From positions 804-64,803 of the forward strand of contig DASTRD010000275.1 of the NCBI GenBank assembly GCA_035761425.1: 64,000 nucleotides of DNA. Reading direction: 5' to 3'. Positions 38,154 through 46,889 of the stretch are shown here, in pieces. Position 1 is the first letter of the stretch. Every line of letters starts with the position of its first letter. Source of the stretch: Povalibacter sp. (lineage in GTDB: Bacteria > Pseudomonadota > Gammaproteobacteria > Steroidobacterales > Steroidobacteraceae). The notes beneath the pieces were generated by a model. That model saw only the letters and a list, made by a program, of their open reading frames with translations, made no database searches and was not told the DNA's origin. The position numbers and the translations under genes are program-made.

Positions 38154-38846
38154 ATGAGCGATAGTGCCGAGCCGAGCACGATGTCTGCATCGATGGCGCG
38201 TGTTGCGTTGCCAGCAGGCTCGGTGCGCTCGGCGACACCTGAGATTCGCCATGACGCGACGGTGCAGGACGACGCCGCTCTCATGCTGCGGTATCGCGAC
38301 GGCGACCTGCGCGCATTCGAGATTCTGTATGCGCGGTACAAGGGACCGCTCTACCGCTACCTGCAGCGTCAATGCCACGACGCGCAGATCGCCGGCGATC
38401 TGTTTCAGGAAGTCTGGAGCAAGGTTATCGCCAGCCGCGAACGCTACGAAGTGAAAGCACAGTTCAATACCTGGTTGTTTCGCATCGCACACAATTGCGC
38501 CGTCGATCATTTCCGGCGCAGCGGGCGTCAGCACGCAGGCCGCATGCAGGATGTGGATGAACTTCAGGACGAATTGCCGGGCTCGTCGCAGGATCAACCC
38601 GACAGTGCAGCGGCCAGCCGCGAAGTGCACATCGCCTTCAGACGTGCGCTCGAAGCGCTGCCGGCGGAACAGCGCGATGTGTTCCTGCTGTACGAAGAGA
38701 CCGGCCTGTCGCTGGAGGAGATCGGCAGGGTGACCGGCGTGGCCATGGAGACGGCGAAGAGCCGTCTGCGCTACGCAGTGGGCAAGTTGCGGGCAGCGCT
38801 GCAGTTGCATGCGCCGCGGGCCGGCGAGGCCGGGGCAGAATCATGA
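38154..38846 (+). CDS. ECF (sigma-70 family) RNA polymerase sigma factor
   Basis: Region 2 (FEILYARYKGPLYRYL...FNTWLFRIAHNCAVDHFRR) and region 4 (LSLEEIGRVTGVAMETAKSRLRYAVGKLR). The upstream part of the 37566 ORF overlaps the vWA gene. Confidence 0.85.
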   Translation: MSDSAEPSTMSASMARVALPAGSVRSATPEIRHDATVQDDAALMLRYRDGDLRAFEILYARYKGPLYRYLQRQCHDAQIAGDLFQEVWSKVIASRERYEVKAQFNTWLFRIAHNCAVDHFRRSGRQHAGRMQDVDELQDELPGSSQDQPDSAAASREVHIAFRRALEALPAEQRDVFLLYEETGLSLEEIGRVTGVAMETAKSRLRYAVGKLRAALQLHAPRAGEAGAES

Positions 38847-39871
38847 ATCGCCCCACCGACCATCTGCCAACGAGTCCTTCCATGGACGACCGTGAGTTCG
38901 AGGAGTACCTGCGCCGCGAATCGCAGATATCGCAGCAGTATCGCGAGCTTCAGGACGATGCGGTGCCTGCGCATCTCGACGCGCTGGTGCTGGAGCAGGC
39001 TCGCGCGGCACTGCAGAAGGAGTCGGCGGCAGCGCCCCGGGATGATCTCGCTGCCGTTCGCCGTCGCCGCGGGCGGCTCATGCGATGGGCAGTGCCCACG
39101 GCGCTTGCGGCGTCGGCATTGCTCGTCGTCTCCATCGTGATCCGCAGCGGTGTGCAGCACGAAACGTTGCTGTTGCCGCAGGTGAGGCAGGAAGCGCCCG
39201 GCGCCGCCGCGCAGCCTGAATCCATGGAAGACAAGTCGGTGGCCGCTGAGCGCGCAGCAGCGGCGCCGCTGGTGGTGCCCGCAGCTCCGCCCGCAGCGCC
39301 TGCGGCTGCGCGTGCAGAGATGGAGATGGCGAGGCAGGTGCAACAGGCCCGTATCGATTCGGCGGGCATGCAGAAACGTCGTGCTGCTGCGGAGTCGTCG
39401 GCAACGGCTGCCGCGCCAGCGCCCAGGGCACAAGTAGACGCCATCGCGTCCCTGCCTGCCGTGGCTGCCCCGCGGCCGAGTGTTGCGGAGCCGAAGCTCG
39501 CGGCAGAAGTCAGCGAACCGGCGCCGGCAGGTGCCCCGGCGGATGTTGCGCTCGCCAAAGCCGCGCCCAGTCCCGCGCAGGCGACGGGCGGCGAAGAGCT
39601 GGATGAAATTGTGCTCACCGGCCATCGCGCTGCACGCAGCGCTCGTGGTGCGGGCCCGCGCGATACGGTCAGAACGAACGCGTCCGGTTCAACGGATGCA
39701 GCGTCGGACACAACTGAAGCATTCCGGGAGCCCGAGCCCTGGCTCGAGCACATCCGTCAGCTGCGGCATGATGGAGAGGACCGGCAGGCGGACCGCGAGT
39801 GGCGGCGCTTCCGCAAACAGTATCCGGATTACGTCGTAGCCACAGACGATCCGGCTCGCGCAGATCGATGA
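38843..39871 (+). CDS. Putative anti-sigma factor (single TM, Ala/Pro-rich periplasmic region)
   Basis: ATGA overlap with the sigma gene. One TM segment (VPTALAASALLVVSIVI) about 80 aa from the N-terminus. Assigned by position only; no ZAS HxxxCxxC motif. Confidence 0.5.
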   Translation: MNRPTDHLPTSPSMDDREFEEYLRRESQISQQYRELQDDAVPAHLDALVLEQARAALQKESAAAPRDDLAAVRRRRGRLMRWAVPTALAASALLVVSIVIRSGVQHETLLLPQVRQEAPGAAAQPESMEDKSVAAERAAAAPLVVPAAPPAAPAAARAEMEMARQVQQARIDSAGMQKRRAAAESSATAAAPAPRAQVDAIASLPAVAAPRPSVAEPKLAAEVSEPAPAGAPADVALAKAAPSPAQATGGEELDEIVLTGHRAARSARGAGPRDTVRTNASGSTDAASDTTEAFREPEPWLEHIRQLRHDGEDRQADREWRRFRKQYPDYVVATDDPARADR

Positions 39872-39893
39872 CGCGATCAGCCGGCCGCCATCG

Positions 39894-41210
39894 CTAGTCG
39901 GCCGCGGCGTTCGCGATTCTCGGAATGTACAAGCGGATGGCCGTACCTTCACCCGGCGTGCTTTCCGCACGAATCGTGCCGCCGGCCCGCGTAATGATCT
40001 GATCCACGATTGCGAGTCCGAGCCCGGTGCCGTTCATGCCCTTGGTGGTAAAGAACGGTTTGAACATGTTCGCGCAGGTCTGTGCGTCCATGCCCACTCC
40101 GGTGTCGATGATGCTGATGCGCACGAAGGTTCCGGTCTCGCCGTCATTGTCAGTCAGGTCAGCATCCTCGATACGGATGGTCACATCGCCGCCATCGGGC
40201 ATGGCGTCACGCGCGTTGAGAATCAGGTTCAGCAGAGTGCGCTCGAGCTGTGTGGCATCCATGAATACACGACTCACCGGTCGACCGACGTCGAGCACCA
40301 GGCGGATACTGCCGCCCAGCAGCACCCGGAACATGGCCGCGAGCGATTCAATGCTGCGGCGAACTTCGATCACGCGCGGCGACACCGGCGAATCGTGGCC
40401 GAAAGTCATGATCTCCTGCGTGAGCTTGTTGCCACGCTGCAGGATGTCGACGATGCGCTGCGCATAGCGATCGGCATCGGCCGGCAGCTCCGGGACGCGC
40501 CGGATCAGATCGGCAAAACCGGTGGCGGCGCCGAGAATGCCGCGGAAATCGTGAGCGATGCCGGCCGCCATGCGGCCCACGGCTTCCATGCGATGCAGTT
40601 CCATGAGCTGATGCTCGTAGGCGCTCAGTGCCGACTGCGCATGCTGACTTTCGTTCTCCTGATAGATCCGCGCGATGTTGTCGGCCACTGCGCTGGCGAA
40701 ATCGGCTTCCGCGCCGCTCCAGGTACGCACGCTGCCGACATGTTCATGGCAGACGACGCCGACCACCTTGCCCTGGACATAGATGGGCGCATCCAGCATG
40801 GAGGTAATGCCGAGCGGTTCCAGGTACGAACCGCTCAGCTCCTGGGTGATCTCGAGGGTTCTGGCATCGTCCGCCGGCAGCGTGCGATGCAACTGCAGGG
40901 CGGCGAAGTACGCGGGAAAGTCCGCCTGATGCAGGACCACGCCCTGAAAGAGCTCCTGGCTCGAGCGCTGGAACAGATAGCGACAGCGCAGTGCACGGTC
41001 TTCATCGACCAGCACCCAGACGCCGACGCGATCGACATCGAGCGCCGCCGAAACCAGTTCCGCCAGTTCCAGCCAGACGGAACGCAACGTGACGCCTTCA
41101 CTTACATGCAGTCGCGCGAGTTGCAATCGCGCTTGCTCGAACCGCTCGGTCTGTCGGAACTGCAGCTCGGGATCGGTGGCGTCCTGCGGTTGCATGTCTG
41201 GTGCGACCAT
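39894..41210 (-). CDS. GAF-domain sensor histidine kinase
   Basis: GAF-like N-terminal half, H-box AAGIAHDFRGILGA, N-box LILNARDAM, G-boxes DTGVGM and GTGLGLAIV. The start is taken at Met27 of the ORF (MVAPDMQ). Confidence 0.85.
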   Translation of the reverse strand: MVAPDMQPQDATDPELQFRQTERFEQARLQLARLHVSEGVTLRSVWLELAELVSAALDVDRVGVWVLVDEDRALRCRYLFQRSSQELFQGVVLHQADFPAYFAALQLHRTLPADDARTLEITQELSGSYLEPLGITSMLDAPIYVQGKVVGVVCHEHVGSVRTWSGAEADFASAVADNIARIYQENESQHAQSALSAYEHQLMELHRMEAVGRMAAGIAHDFRGILGAATGFADLIRRVPELPADADRYAQRIVDILQRGNKLTQEIMTFGHDSPVSPRVIEVRRSIESLAAMFRVLLGGSIRLVLDVGRPVSRVFMDATQLERTLLNLILNARDAMPDGGDVTIRIEDADLTDNDGETGTFVRISIIDTGVGMDAQTCANMFKPFFTTKGMNGTGLGLAIVDQIITRAGGTIRAESTPGEGTAIRLYIPRIANAAAD

Positions 41211-41351
41211 GTCCTGTCCTTTTTTGCCACTGTACCCTCCGGCAGTGGATCGGCCAATAGTGGCGGCCACACGCCTCGCCGACGGCACGCGACCCTTTCA
41301 ACGCGACAGCCGCCAGTTAAAATCTGAGCCCCTTTCTGATGAGCATTCTGA

Positions 41352-41870
41352 ATGGAACGCACGATCGAAAAGCTGCTGTTTGCGAGCCGCTGGCTGCTGG
41401 CACCGGTCTATCTGGGCATGTCGCTGGCCCTGTTCGGACTGGGCATCAAGTTCTTCACCGAGATCTACCACCTGCTGCACACCATCATGGAAGTGACCGA
41501 AGCGGATCTGGTCCTGCGTCTGCTGGCACTCATCGACATGGTGCTGGTGGGCAGCCTCATCGTGATGGTGATGTTCTCCGGTTATGAGAATTTCGTGTCG
41601 AGGATCGACGTGAAGGATGGCGGTGACAGCCTGGGCTGGCTCGGCAAACTCGACGCCAGCAGTCTCAAGCTCAAAGTCGCGGCCTCGATCGTTGCCATCT
41701 CATCCATTCATCTGCTGCGAGCCTTCATGGGTATCAGCACCCAGCCGGCCGTCGACAGCACCAAGCTGATGTGGTTCGTCATCATCCATCTGACGTTCGT
41801 GGTGTCGGCGGTGATGATGGGCGTGCTGGACAAGATGGCGTTTGCGGCCCATCGGGAAGACTCTCACTGA
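41352..41870 (+). CDS. yqhA: YqhA/UPF0114-family membrane protein
   Basis: [23 protein letters not shown]...[13 protein letters not shown] is characteristic of UPF0114 (TIGR00645). Confidence 0.8.
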   Translation: MERTIEKLLFASRWLLAPVYLGMSLALFGLGIKFFTEIYHLLHTIMEVTEADLVLRLLALIDMVLVGSLIVMVMFSGYENFVSRIDVKDGGDSLGWLGKLDASSLKLKVAASIVAISSIHLLRAFMGISTQPAVDSTKLMWFVIIHLTFVVSAVMMGVLDKMAFAAHREDSH

Positions 41871-41878
41871 GAGTCTTC
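41856..41878 (+). other. Perfect 10-bp hairpin (GAAGACTCTC act GAGAGTCTTC) enclosing the yqhA stop codon
   Basis: Read directly from the sequence. The TGA at 41868-41870 spans the loop/3' stem junction. Confidence 0.6.
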
Positions 41879-42068
41879 ATCCGAGTGACGAGCCTGGCAG
41901 GGCAGGGACACGCGCCGGTGATCCGTGTTGCTGAACGGAGAGCGGCGCCGGGTTTTTCAGTGACGAAAGTGACGAGCGTTCTGGAACAGGAACGCTCGGT
42001 CGGAACAGGTAGGGAAGAGCTGGAAGATCGCGCCCGGGCGATCTTCGGTGACGTGAGTCAGAGGGCTC

Positions 42069-42545
42069 TCACTGGTCACTATCCTGACCAGCCGTTCTCT
42101 GTTGCGGCCCTTCATCACCATCTGCAAAGAACTCGAGCGAAACGGAATTGAGGCAGTGCCGCTTGTGCGTCGGCGGCGGACCGTCGTCGAAAACATGGCC
42201 GAGATGCGCGTCGCAGCGCGCGCAGCGGATTTCAGTGCGCACCATGCCGTGGCTGCGGTCGACCAGCTCGGTGATGTGCGCCGGATCGAACGGCTGATAG
42301 AAACTCGGCCAGCCGGTGCCGGACTCGAATTTCGAATCTGCCTTGTAGAGCGGCAATCCGCACAGCCGGCAGGCGTAAATGCCGGTCTTCTTGTTGTTCA
42401 GCAGCGTGCCGCAGAAGGGGCGTTCGGTGCCCTGGTGCAGGATTACGTACCGCTCCTCGGCGGTCAGTCGTTGCGCGTACTGCTCGCGCTCGGCATCGCT
42501 CAGGCGACGGATGTCGTAACCACTGGAAGAGGTCGTCGCGGGCAT
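42069..42545 (-). CDS. msrB: Peptide-methionine (R)-S-oxide reductase MsrB
   Basis: CxxC pairs (YACRLCGLPL, IRCARCDAHLGHVFDDGP) and GTGWPSF. The start is taken at Met29 (MPATTSS). Confidence 0.9.
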   Translation of the reverse strand: MPATTSSSGYDIRRLSDAEREQYAQRLTAEERYVILHQGTERPFCGTLLNNKKTGIYACRLCGLPLYKADSKFESGTGWPSFYQPFDPAHITELVDRSHGMVRTEIRCARCDAHLGHVFDDGPPPTHKRHCLNSVSLEFFADGDEGPQQRTAGQDSDQ

Positions 42546-42662
42546 GGAAACCTCGATGAAAGTCGGCGGGGATGCAGTGGAAGTGAGGCGTGGCAGGGCG
42601 ATTTCAAGTGACGCGGGCAGCGCGCGCAATGCGCACTGCGTCGGCCGCCCGGATCGCTCTCG

Positions 42663-44135
42663 TCACTGCGATGATTTTTCCGCCGCTCTCAGCTTGCTGT
42701 GCCTGAATCCGTACAAGCCGTAAATCGCAAAGCCAAGCACGGACCAAACCAGCAGCCGCCACCAGGTATCGAGCGGCAGGAAGACCATCATCACGATGCA
42801 GATGATGGCGCCCAGCACGCAGGTCACCGGCGCGAACGGCACACGAAACGGGCGCGGCAGTCCGGGCCTGGTGTAGCGCAGTATCAGCACGCCGATGCAC
42901 ACACAGGTGAATGCCAGCAGGATGCCGATGGAAATGAGTTCGCCGAGCACATCGAGCGGAAACAGTCCGGCAAACACCGCAGCGATGATCACTGCAACCG
43001 CAGTCGCGACATGCGGCGTGCGATAGACCGGATGCACCTTCTTCCATGAGGGTGGCAGCAGACCGTCTTCGGCCATCGCGAGAAAGATGCGTGGCTGTCC
43101 GAGCAGCGACATGAGGATCACGGAGGTCATCCCGATGATGGCGCCGGTCGTCACCAGGACATTCAGCCATTGCAGCTGCGGGTGAGCATCGAGCGCCACG
43201 GCGACAGGAGCATCGACGTCGAGTTGTGTGTACGGCACCAGACCGGTGAGCACGGCGCTCATGGCGATATAGAGCACCGCCGAAATGATCAGTGCACCGA
43301 GGATGCCGAGCGGAACGTCGCGTTGCGGATTGCGGGCTTCGCGCGCCGCAGTCGAGGCCGTGTCAAAACCGATGTACGAGAAGAAGATGATTGCCGAGCC
43401 CTGCAGGATGCCTGGCCAGCCGAACTGGCCGGGATTGCCGCTGGATTCGGGAACGATATAGGGATCCCAGTTCGCAGTGTCGACGTAGCTCATGCCTGCA
43501 AGCACGAATACCACGATGATGCCGACCTTGATGAAGACCATGAAGTTGTTGAGGGTCGCCGATTCCTTGACGCCCCGATAACAGACCCAGCCGAGCGCGA
43601 GCACGATCAGTACCGCAGGCATATTGACGATGGCCCCGGTTGCACCCAGATGACCGTTTGCCGTCTTGCCGAGCGGCGCGCTGGTGAGCGCATCCGGAAA
43701 ATGAATGCCGATCTTGCCGAGCAGGTTCACCACGTAGGCCGACCAGCCGACCGCGACTGCCGATGCCGACAGCATGTACTCGAGCGACAGATTCCAGCCG
43801 ATGAACCACGCCACCGCTTCGCCGAGCGTCGCATACGAATAGGTGTAGGCACTGCCAGAGACCGGAATCATGGCGGCGAACTCGGCGTAGCAGATGGCGG
43901 CGAGGGCCGAGCCGATGGCGGCGATCAGCAGTGCGATCGTGAGCGCCGGGCCGGCGTGGTTGGCGGCCACCGTGCCCGTCAGAATGAAAATTCCGGTGCC
44001 GATCGTGGCTCCCAGTCCGATCGCCGTGAGCGAGCGGGCGGTGAGCACCCGCTTCAGCGGGGGCGCGGCATTCAGCTCGCTGACGATGGAGTCGACGGAG
44101 CGCACGGCAAACAGGCGACTCAACAGGCTCGGCAT
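42663..44135 (-). CDS. APC-superfamily amino acid permease
   Basis: 12-14 TM segments. N-terminal LKRVLTARSLTAIGLGATIGTGIF is typical of amino acid/cationic amino acid permeases. Confidence 0.9.
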   Translation of the reverse strand: MPSLLSRLFAVRSVDSIVSELNAAPPLKRVLTARSLTAIGLGATIGTGIFILTGTVAANHAGPALTIALLIAAIGSALAAICYAEFAAMIPVSGSAYTYSYATLGEAVAWFIGWNLSLEYMLSASAVAVGWSAYVVNLLGKIGIHFPDALTSAPLGKTANGHLGATGAIVNMPAVLIVLALGWVCYRGVKESATLNNFMVFIKVGIIVVFVLAGMSYVDTANWDPYIVPESSGNPGQFGWPGILQGSAIIFFSYIGFDTASTAAREARNPQRDVPLGILGALIISAVLYIAMSAVLTGLVPYTQLDVDAPVAVALDAHPQLQWLNVLVTTGAIIGMTSVILMSLLGQPRIFLAMAEDGLLPPSWKKVHPVYRTPHVATAVAVIIAAVFAGLFPLDVLGELISIGILLAFTCVCIGVLILRYTRPGLPRPFRVPFAPVTCVLGAIICIVMMVFLPLDTWWRLLVWSVLGFAIYGLYGFRHSKLRAAEKSSQ

Positions 44136-44265
44136 CGGACGACCTCTTGCTGGGTTTCATAGGGAGGCGATCGGGACCACAGCGTACCGTGTCGAGCCCA
44201 TCGGGCGCACCCGGATTCGCTATCGGACCAATCGGCGCGGCGCCGTGCCTTATGATTGCGCAGTC

Positions 44266-45663
44266 ATGCCAGCCGATTTTCTGCGTACACCGCTTGCCAA
44301 CAGTTACTGGGTCGATCCCGGTCGCCTGCTCGCGGGTGAATATCCGGGCGGACAGTCGCCGGCGGAAACGCTGGAACGTATACAACGACTGGTGCAGGCA
44401 GGCATCGATGCGTTCGTCGATCTGACGGTCGCCGGGGAATTGCCCGGCTATGTGGATCTGCTGCCCGAAGAAATCGAACATCATCGCTGGCCGATCGAGG
44501 ACCACGGGCTGCCGCAGAATGCGCAGTGGATGGTGGGCATCCTCGACACCATCGAGGATGCGCTCACACGCGGTCGCAACGTGTATGTGCATTGCCGTGC
44601 CGGCATCGGTCGCACCGGGACTACCGTGGGTTGTTATCTGACTCGCGGCGGCCTGAGCGGGGCGCAGGCCCTGGATCGATTGCAATCGCTGTGGGTGCAG
44701 AGCGCGCGCAGCGCCGGTTGGCCGTCGGTGCCCGAGACCGAAGAGCAGCATGAGTTTGTGCGGCGCTGGAGCGAAGAAGCGAAGCCGGCCTCCGTGGTGC
44801 CTCCGACCTTCATGCAGCGCGCGCAGGGCGCCCTGGTCGGCCTCGCCGTCGGCGATGCGCTCGCGACTGCACTGGCAGAGGGACACATCGATCAGGCTTC
44901 ACTTGATCCTGCTGCGTGGCCCACCGGCCGGATACTCGCGCCCGGCCCCGAGACCATCATGACGCTGGTTGTCGCGGAGAGTCTGCTGGCGCGCGGCGGC
45001 CACGATCCTGAAGACCAGATGACGCGTTACGTTGCCGCGGCCAGGCAACACGAACAATTGCTGAAACGCGCTGAGTTCAAGCGCGCCCTGGCTTCGTGGC
45101 AATGGTCGGGCAAAGCAAATGCCGGCACTCACGATCCGAAAAATCTCGAGGCGCATTCGATTGCACGCAGCCTGGCCGCAGCGCTGTGGCTGCATCGTGA
45201 CCATGCAGCGGCCATGGATCTGGCCGCGGATGTATCGCGTACCACGCAGCAATCGCCGGTGGTGCTGGATGTCTGCCGCCTGTGGACGGCGTTGCTGGTC
45301 GATGCACTGCATGGAGAGCCTGCTGCTTCCATGAGTACGACAGCAGTGACCGCAATGCGCGCGCGCCGTATGCGCCCCGAACTTGAACCTTTGCTGGAGC
45401 GACGCTGGCAGCGCTTGGCGAGTCGTCGCCCGGGTGCGTTGTCGGCGTGTGCGCGTGCGCTCGAAGCATCGGCAACCGCGTCTTCGTTTGCGGCTGGCAT
45501 GCTCGGGATTCTCCAGGTCTCTGCCGACGCGACAGCGGCGGCACTCTACGGCTCGCTCGCGGGTGCTGTGCACGGAGTCGACGCCATTCCGGCGGCCTGG
45601 GCACGAGCGCTCGAGGTTCACGCAACCATGCCTGCGCTTGCGCGGCAACTGACGTCATACTGA
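44266..45663 (+). CDS. Fusion protein: Cys-based (dual-specificity-type) phosphatase domain + ADP-ribosylglycohydrolase-like domain
   Basis: N-terminal domain has the P-loop VHCRAGIGRTG (HCx5R) preceded by WPIEDHGLP. The C-terminal ~280 aa carry ARH-family end motifs (GALVGLAVGDALA; LYGSLAGAVHGVDAIPAAW). ATG 44266 avoids overlap with the permease gene; GTG 44245 is also possible. Confidence 0.75.
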   Translation: MPADFLRTPLANSYWVDPGRLLAGEYPGGQSPAETLERIQRLVQAGIDAFVDLTVAGELPGYVDLLPEEIEHHRWPIEDHGLPQNAQWMVGILDTIEDALTRGRNVYVHCRAGIGRTGTTVGCYLTRGGLSGAQALDRLQSLWVQSARSAGWPSVPETEEQHEFVRRWSEEAKPASVVPPTFMQRAQGALVGLAVGDALATALAEGHIDQASLDPAAWPTGRILAPGPETIMTLVVAESLLARGGHDPEDQMTRYVAAARQHEQLLKRAEFKRALASWQWSGKANAGTHDPKNLEAHSIARSLAAALWLHRDHAAAMDLAADVSRTTQQSPVVLDVCRLWTALLVDALHGEPAASMSTTAVTAMRARRMRPELEPLLERRWQRLASRRPGALSACARALEASATASSFAAGMLGILQVSADATAAALYGSLAGAVHGVDAIPAAWARALEVHATMPALARQLTSY

Positions 45664-45667
45664 TCGC

Positions 45668-46750
45668 ATGGCAACGCGGACCACCAGGACTTCGAAGCGG
45701 TCCCGCAAACGAGGCAAGCCGCGTCGGATGAAGCGGCGTGAGCCCGCCTGGGCCACGCTCAGCGATGCCGATCTGCTCAACAAGCGCTTCTGCGATCTGC
45801 GCCTGACATTGCGCGGCACCGTGGTGGAGCGTCACTGGCAGGCGGTGCAGCGCGACCTGGAACGGCGCGGCATCCGCTTTCATCCGCATCTGTGGCTGTC
45901 CGAAGAATGGTTCTCGCCCGACGGGGTGCCCGGCATTGCCGTGCCGTTCTACATGGCTCACCCGCGCCTGATGCGACTCGAACGCCAGATCATGCAGGAA
46001 GTCGAAGGCGGCAACGCCAACTGGCTGACCCGCATTCTGCGACACGAAGCTGGCCATGCGCTCGACAATGCGTTCCGACTGCGCAGGCGCAAGGGCTGGC
46101 GCAAGACTTTCGGGAAATCGTCGCGACCCTATCCAGATGTCTACAGCCCGCATCCGGCCAGTCGCGATTACGTGCTGCATCTCGGACACTGGTACGCGCA
46201 GAGTCACCCGTCCGAGGATTTCGCCGAGACTTTCGCTGTGTGGCTGCAGCCGCGGGCACGCTGGCGTCGCGACTACCAGGGCTGGCCGGCGCTGCGCAAG
46301 CTGGAGTACGTCGACGCGCTGATGCGCGAACTGCAAGGTGCGCGTGCGGTCGTGGCCAACCGTGAACGAGTCGAACCGCTGCATGAAGATACCCGCACGC
46401 TGGCCGAGCACTATGCGCAGAAGCGTGCGCGCTACGATCTGGATCGTCCCGGCGCCTACGATCTGCGTCTGAAACGCATCTTCGCCAGACGCAGTGCGCG
46501 TCATCGCCGTCTGCGGGCGAGCACGTTCGTGCGCCGTGTGCGACCCCAGCTGGAACGATTGCTGATCCGCCGCTCGCGACTGCATCCATATCTCGTGCAT
46601 CATGTACTGCGCGTTGTCATTCAACGCTGTCGCGAACTGGACCTGGTACTGGAGACCTCGCAGCGCGAAGCCAAGCGTCAGGTGCTGGGTGTGCTGGAGC
46701 GGATCATGATGGATATCCTGCGGCGCGATCGCGAGAGGTATGCATTGTGA
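45668..46750 (+). CDS. Putative zinc metallopeptidase-like protein (HExxH) with highly basic N-terminus
   Basis: ILRHEAGHALDNAF (HExxH) and the downstream SHPSEDFAETFAVWL motif. It starts 4 nt after the upstream stop. The N-terminus reads RTSKRSRKRGKPRRMKRR. Confidence 0.65.
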   Translation: MATRTTRTSKRSRKRGKPRRMKRREPAWATLSDADLLNKRFCDLRLTLRGTVVERHWQAVQRDLERRGIRFHPHLWLSEEWFSPDGVPGIAVPFYMAHPRLMRLERQIMQEVEGGNANWLTRILRHEAGHALDNAFRLRRRKGWRKTFGKSSRPYPDVYSPHPASRDYVLHLGHWYAQSHPSEDFAETFAVWLQPRARWRRDYQGWPALRKLEYVDALMRELQGARAVVANRERVEPLHEDTRTLAEHYAQKRARYDLDRPGAYDLRLKRIFARRSARHRRLRASTFVRRVRPQLERLLIRRSRLHPYLVHHVLRVVIQRCRELDLVLETSQREAKRQVLGVLERIMMDILRRDRERYAL

Positions 46751-46754
46751 AGAA

Positions 46755-46869
46755 GGCTGTAGGCTGTAGGCCGTGGGCTGTAGCTGAAGAGGGCGGAAAT
46801 GTCGCCGCAGCTTCCCCGCGTCCTCTTTCTCTTTTCCGGCCTGCGGGCTGCAGCCTGCAGCCCGCAGCC
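46755..46869. repeat. Inverted array of tandem heptamers (GGCTGTA-type x4 ... YGCRGSC-type x4)
   Basis: Left arm 46755-46782: GGCTGTA GGCTGTA GGCCGTG GGCTGTA. Right arm 46842-46869: TGCGGGC TGCAGCC TGCAGCC CGCAGCC. It fills most of the gap between the metallopeptidase-like and ATP-grasp genes. Confidence 0.75.
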
Positions 46870-46889
46870 TTTTCTCCGGTTGCATCCGT

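Noticed and set aside
43894-44265. N-terminal extension of the phosphatase-ARH ORF back to 43894.
   Set aside because: It would overlap the divergent APC permease gene by more than 200 nt. The extension translates as low-complexity Ala/Pro/Arg sequence. The first plausible starts are GTG 44245 and ATG 44266.
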